In this document: positions 26,173 to 28,463 of the stretch, piece after piece
Position numbering within the stretch: the stretch's first letter is position 1
How the letters are laid out: every line of letters starts with the position of its first letter
Source of the DNA: Candidatus Micrarchaeota archaeon
Lineage (GTDB): Archaea; Micrarchaeota; Micrarchaeia; Anstonellales; Bilamarchaeaceae
Assembly (NCBI GenBank): GCA_041694885.1
Contig: JBGFRX010000014.1
Coordinates: forward strand, 1-28,463
DNA length: 28,463 bases
Direction of reading: 5' to 3'
Translations under genes and position numbers: made by a program
The notes under the pieces: model-generated
Databases searched by the model: none
Seen by the model: the letters and a program-made list of their open reading frames with translations, nothing else
What the model was told of the DNA's origin: nothing

Positions 26173-27180
26173 TCAGGTGTTGTATACGGTTATGATATGT
26201 ATGCTTTCCGGCGACTGGTCCTGCGGTACGATGCGGGTGAGAACTTCATTGGCTTTTCTGAAGGCATCTGCTGCCCATTCCTGCGCCTTCCTGCATATGT
26301 CGTCTGCGCCTGTCCCGAACAGATCCCTGAGCGAGCCCCAGAGAGGCGATTCGCCTCTTCCTTCTGGAGGTATGAATGCATGCCCGCTTAGGGAGCCAGT
26401 AGTTGTTTCGAGTACGACATCTCCGCGAATCTCGCGCGCAACTATGCTAACACGCTGCTGATAAACATTTTTTAGATAGACGCCCAAATAGATGTGATCG
26501 GATTGGGAGAATGCCATGCCAACGTTAAACATCCCCGGGGCGTACTGAATATTAAATTTACCATCAAATAACTCTTTTATATTCCGTCCAAACGAGGATA
26601 GGAAGACGCTCGGTTTGGCAGTTCTAAAGATGCTCGTGGTTAGAAGGGGCACATCAGGAATTACAGTTATAAGCCGAGCTGCATAGGTAGCTCTGAGAGG
26701 GTTCCTGGTTGGTCCTGCACCGTAATTGCCATTGTTATAGGGTTCTCCAAAACCCACTATCGCACCGCCTGAAAGGAGCCCTGCGTTATTTTCATCCACT
26801 TCCACCCATGGATGGAATTTCGTTTCTGCCGCTTCCCTTAAGAGGATCTTGGTGGTTTTATCGAAACCCCATTTGCCGTTCCCTTTGTACACGAGAAGCA
26901 GATTCAGGAGGTCATGCGTTTCCTGAGACATGCTCCCTGCTTCTCCTAAATTGTAAGTGTGCTCTGCGTAACGGTTGACTTTTTCCTGGAAATAAGGGTC
27001 CTTTGCCCAGACTTTTATTATCTTTTCGTCACAACCGAGGGCCTTTATTCCGAAAAAACGCGTGAGGGTAAGCGGAGTGAGCACCTTGCCGGCATCCAGA
27101 TTTTCCTTTGTCGGGATTCGCTTTATCTCATTGCGGAGCGTGAGGATTGACGCTTCTGGAGTTGTCTTTGGTTGTGACAT
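26173..27180 (-). CDS. Hypothetical protein (335 aa)
   Basis: Long ORF. Start at ATG 27180 chosen because a TATA-like TTTATATA lies about 25 nt upstream. No recognised motif. Confidence 0.7.
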   Translation of the reverse strand: MSQPKTTPEASILTLRNEIKRIPTKENLDAGKVLTPLTLTRFFGIKALGCDEKIIKVWAKDPYFQEKVNRYAEHTYNLGEAGSMSQETHDLLNLLLVYKGNGKWGFDKTTKILLREAAETKFHPWVEVDENNAGLLSGGAIVGFGEPYNNGNYGAGPTRNPLRATYAARLITVIPDVPLLTTSIFRTAKPSVFLSSFGRNIKELFDGKFNIQYAPGMFNVGMAFSQSDHIYLGVYLKNVYQQRVSIVAREIRGDVVLETTTGSLSGHAFIPPEGRGESPLWGSLRDLFGTGADDICRKAQEWAADAFRKANEVLTRIVPQDQSPESIHIITVYNT

Positions 27181-27222
27181 GTTACATTTATGCGTGCATG
27201 TCGTATATAAACTTATTGTTTT

Positions 27223-27258
27223 AACCACAAAACACAACAAATATATAGTTTTGTGGTT
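27223..27258. promoter_or_regulatory. 11-bp perfect inverted repeat
   Basis: AACCACAAAAC-N14-GTTTTGTGGTT. Confidence 0.5.
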
Positions 27259-27288
27259 TTCAGTCAGTTCGTCGAAAAACTTTCAGTA

Positions 27289-28214
27289 TTATATATCCAC
27301 AGCAGAAGGTAGTTTGTACGGAAGCCGGATCAAGGCGGATTTCCCGTTCTTCAACAACGCGCTCCCGGATTCGAAAATTGCTGAAAGTTCCTCGTCTGTC
27401 CCTATCAATTGCGGCGGAACGCCCGCTTCAAGCAGCGCCTCCCTCATTTTTTCCAGCGTCGTAGTTTTCTTGCCATAAATGTCACGGTAAAAAGTCAGCT
27501 GCACGGAATTCGACGCCTCCGAGAGCTCGGCTTCGATCGTTTTGTACACGATGCGAACTGGAACTTTTCTCTCGAGTGCAAAGACCTTGCCCTTTTTCCT
27601 TCCTCCTGTCTTTTCAACGAGCGCATGCGCAAGTTCGAGCGCGTCCTCGTTGTGCATGCGTATGCACGCATGGGATGCAGCTGTTCCTATGCTCTTGTCA
27701 TTATTCGTTCCGTGCATCAGCATCATGCCGGCTATGCGCATTTTCACTTTCCCAAGGGGGTTTTTATGGCCTGGAGGGGTTGGTTTGTCCTTCGCTGCCC
27801 ATTTGGACTTGGGTGGAAACCACCATGGATCGTATTCTATCTTCTCTTTGCGCCTATACTGCCTGTTGGAGTGGGATAGCGCGGCATGCCTACTGCTATT
27901 GGCCAGGATGATTCGCGTTTTCCGTCAACGAGCAGTTCTGCCCTGAAGGCAGGGATGTTTATTTCTATTGCGAGGCGCGCCTGCTTTTTCGCTTCCTGCG
28001 CATGTACGCTCTTCATTATCGGCTCGGCAAGGACGGGTTCTGGATTCAGGAGCAGTAAAATGGCGAGCATGGCAGCAGGGAGTGTGTTTTTCGCAGGCGA
28101 TTGTTTTTGTTTTACAGCGAACCGAACGGTCTCTTCGGTTCGCAGTCGATCGAACCACTTCGTAGTAGAATCAGCAGTGTATCGAATTACTTTTGTGGTT
28201 GGATATAGTTGCAT
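27289..28214 (-). pseudogene. L,D-transpeptidase (YkuD family), frameshifted
   Basis: Frame 1: hydrophobic segment, IEINIPAFR, WPIAVGMPRYPTPTG. Frame 2: DPWWFPP...PPGHKNPLG...HGT-x10-SHACIRMHN. The shift lies within 27860-27841. Confidence 0.88.
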
Positions 28215-28245
28215 CGTACGTATTGATGGAGCGATATGATTTTAA

Positions 28246-28463
28246 CTATGTTTCGTTGAACATGAACGAGTCCTTCACCACGTTAAGTATCATGTTCGTG
28301 TTGCTTTTCTTCACATGAGGAACCGAGAGTATTTTCTTGATGAGGGAGCTGAATTCGTTCCTTGTTTTCGCGACAACCAAAGCAACTGAGTCGTATTCCC
28401 CGGTCACGTCGTAAACCGCGTAAACCCCAGGCAATCTGCTTATCTTCTCCTGTGCCTCTATAA
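28246..28463 (-). CDS. Lrp/AsnC family regulator, C-terminal (RAM) domain; truncated by the window edge
   Basis: VYAVYDVTGEYD...LIKKILSVPHVKKSNTNMILNVVKD. Confidence 0.88.
   Translation of the reverse strand, partial: IEAQEKISRLPGVYAVYDVTGEYDSVALVVAKTRNEFSSLIKKILSVPHVKKSNTNMILNVVKDSFMFNET

Noticed and set aside
25140..28463. Integrated element with an att duplication of the tRNA 3' end
   Set aside because: No integrase and no second copy of either tRNA 3' end seen in the window.
1..28463. CRISPR array, cas genes, rRNA, and the many antisense ORFs in the track
   Set aside because: No regularly spaced repeats, Cas motifs or rRNA seen. The antisense ORFs shadow well-supported genes and lack motifs.

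Overview
Archaeal chromosomal segment, most likely DPANN (Micrarchaeota-like). This is inferred from the separate priL/priS genes, archaeal TpiA and PRPP synthetase, the RGQ-AAIEY class III signal protein, and tRNAs with several introns at non-canonical positions. A core block lies between two intron-rich tRNA-Ser genes, which I parsed by hand: tRNA-Ser(GCT) at 1490-1793 (minus strand, introns of 91 and 129 nt) and tRNA-Ser(CGA) at 25009-25167 (plus strand, three introns, 7-nt anticodon exon). The block contains an ACT protein, nnrD, priL, priS, a TPR-AAA ATPase, a pilin-like protein, a HisA-like protein, a branched-chain amino acid cluster (cimA-like, ilvC, ilvD, ilvE, ilvB, ilvH, leuB, leuC, leuD) interrupted by vapBC, then fhs, prs, a GT4 glycosyltransferase and tpiA. 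Accessory or decaying DNA lies beyond the 3' end of each tRNA: a frameshifted ATPase and gene fragments on the left; two orphans and a frameshifted L,D-transpeptidase on the right, followed by a partial Lrp/AsnC gene. Most notable: both tRNAs have a T-loop (59/60) intron ending in a homologous degenerate 7-bp repeat array, and the same array occurs in two intergenic regions. Also of note are a LeuB with an NADP-type cofactor signature, a CimA-like gene with an apparent ACG start, and a peptidoglycan-type transpeptidase in an archaeon. No searches were run; family calls come from motif recognition.
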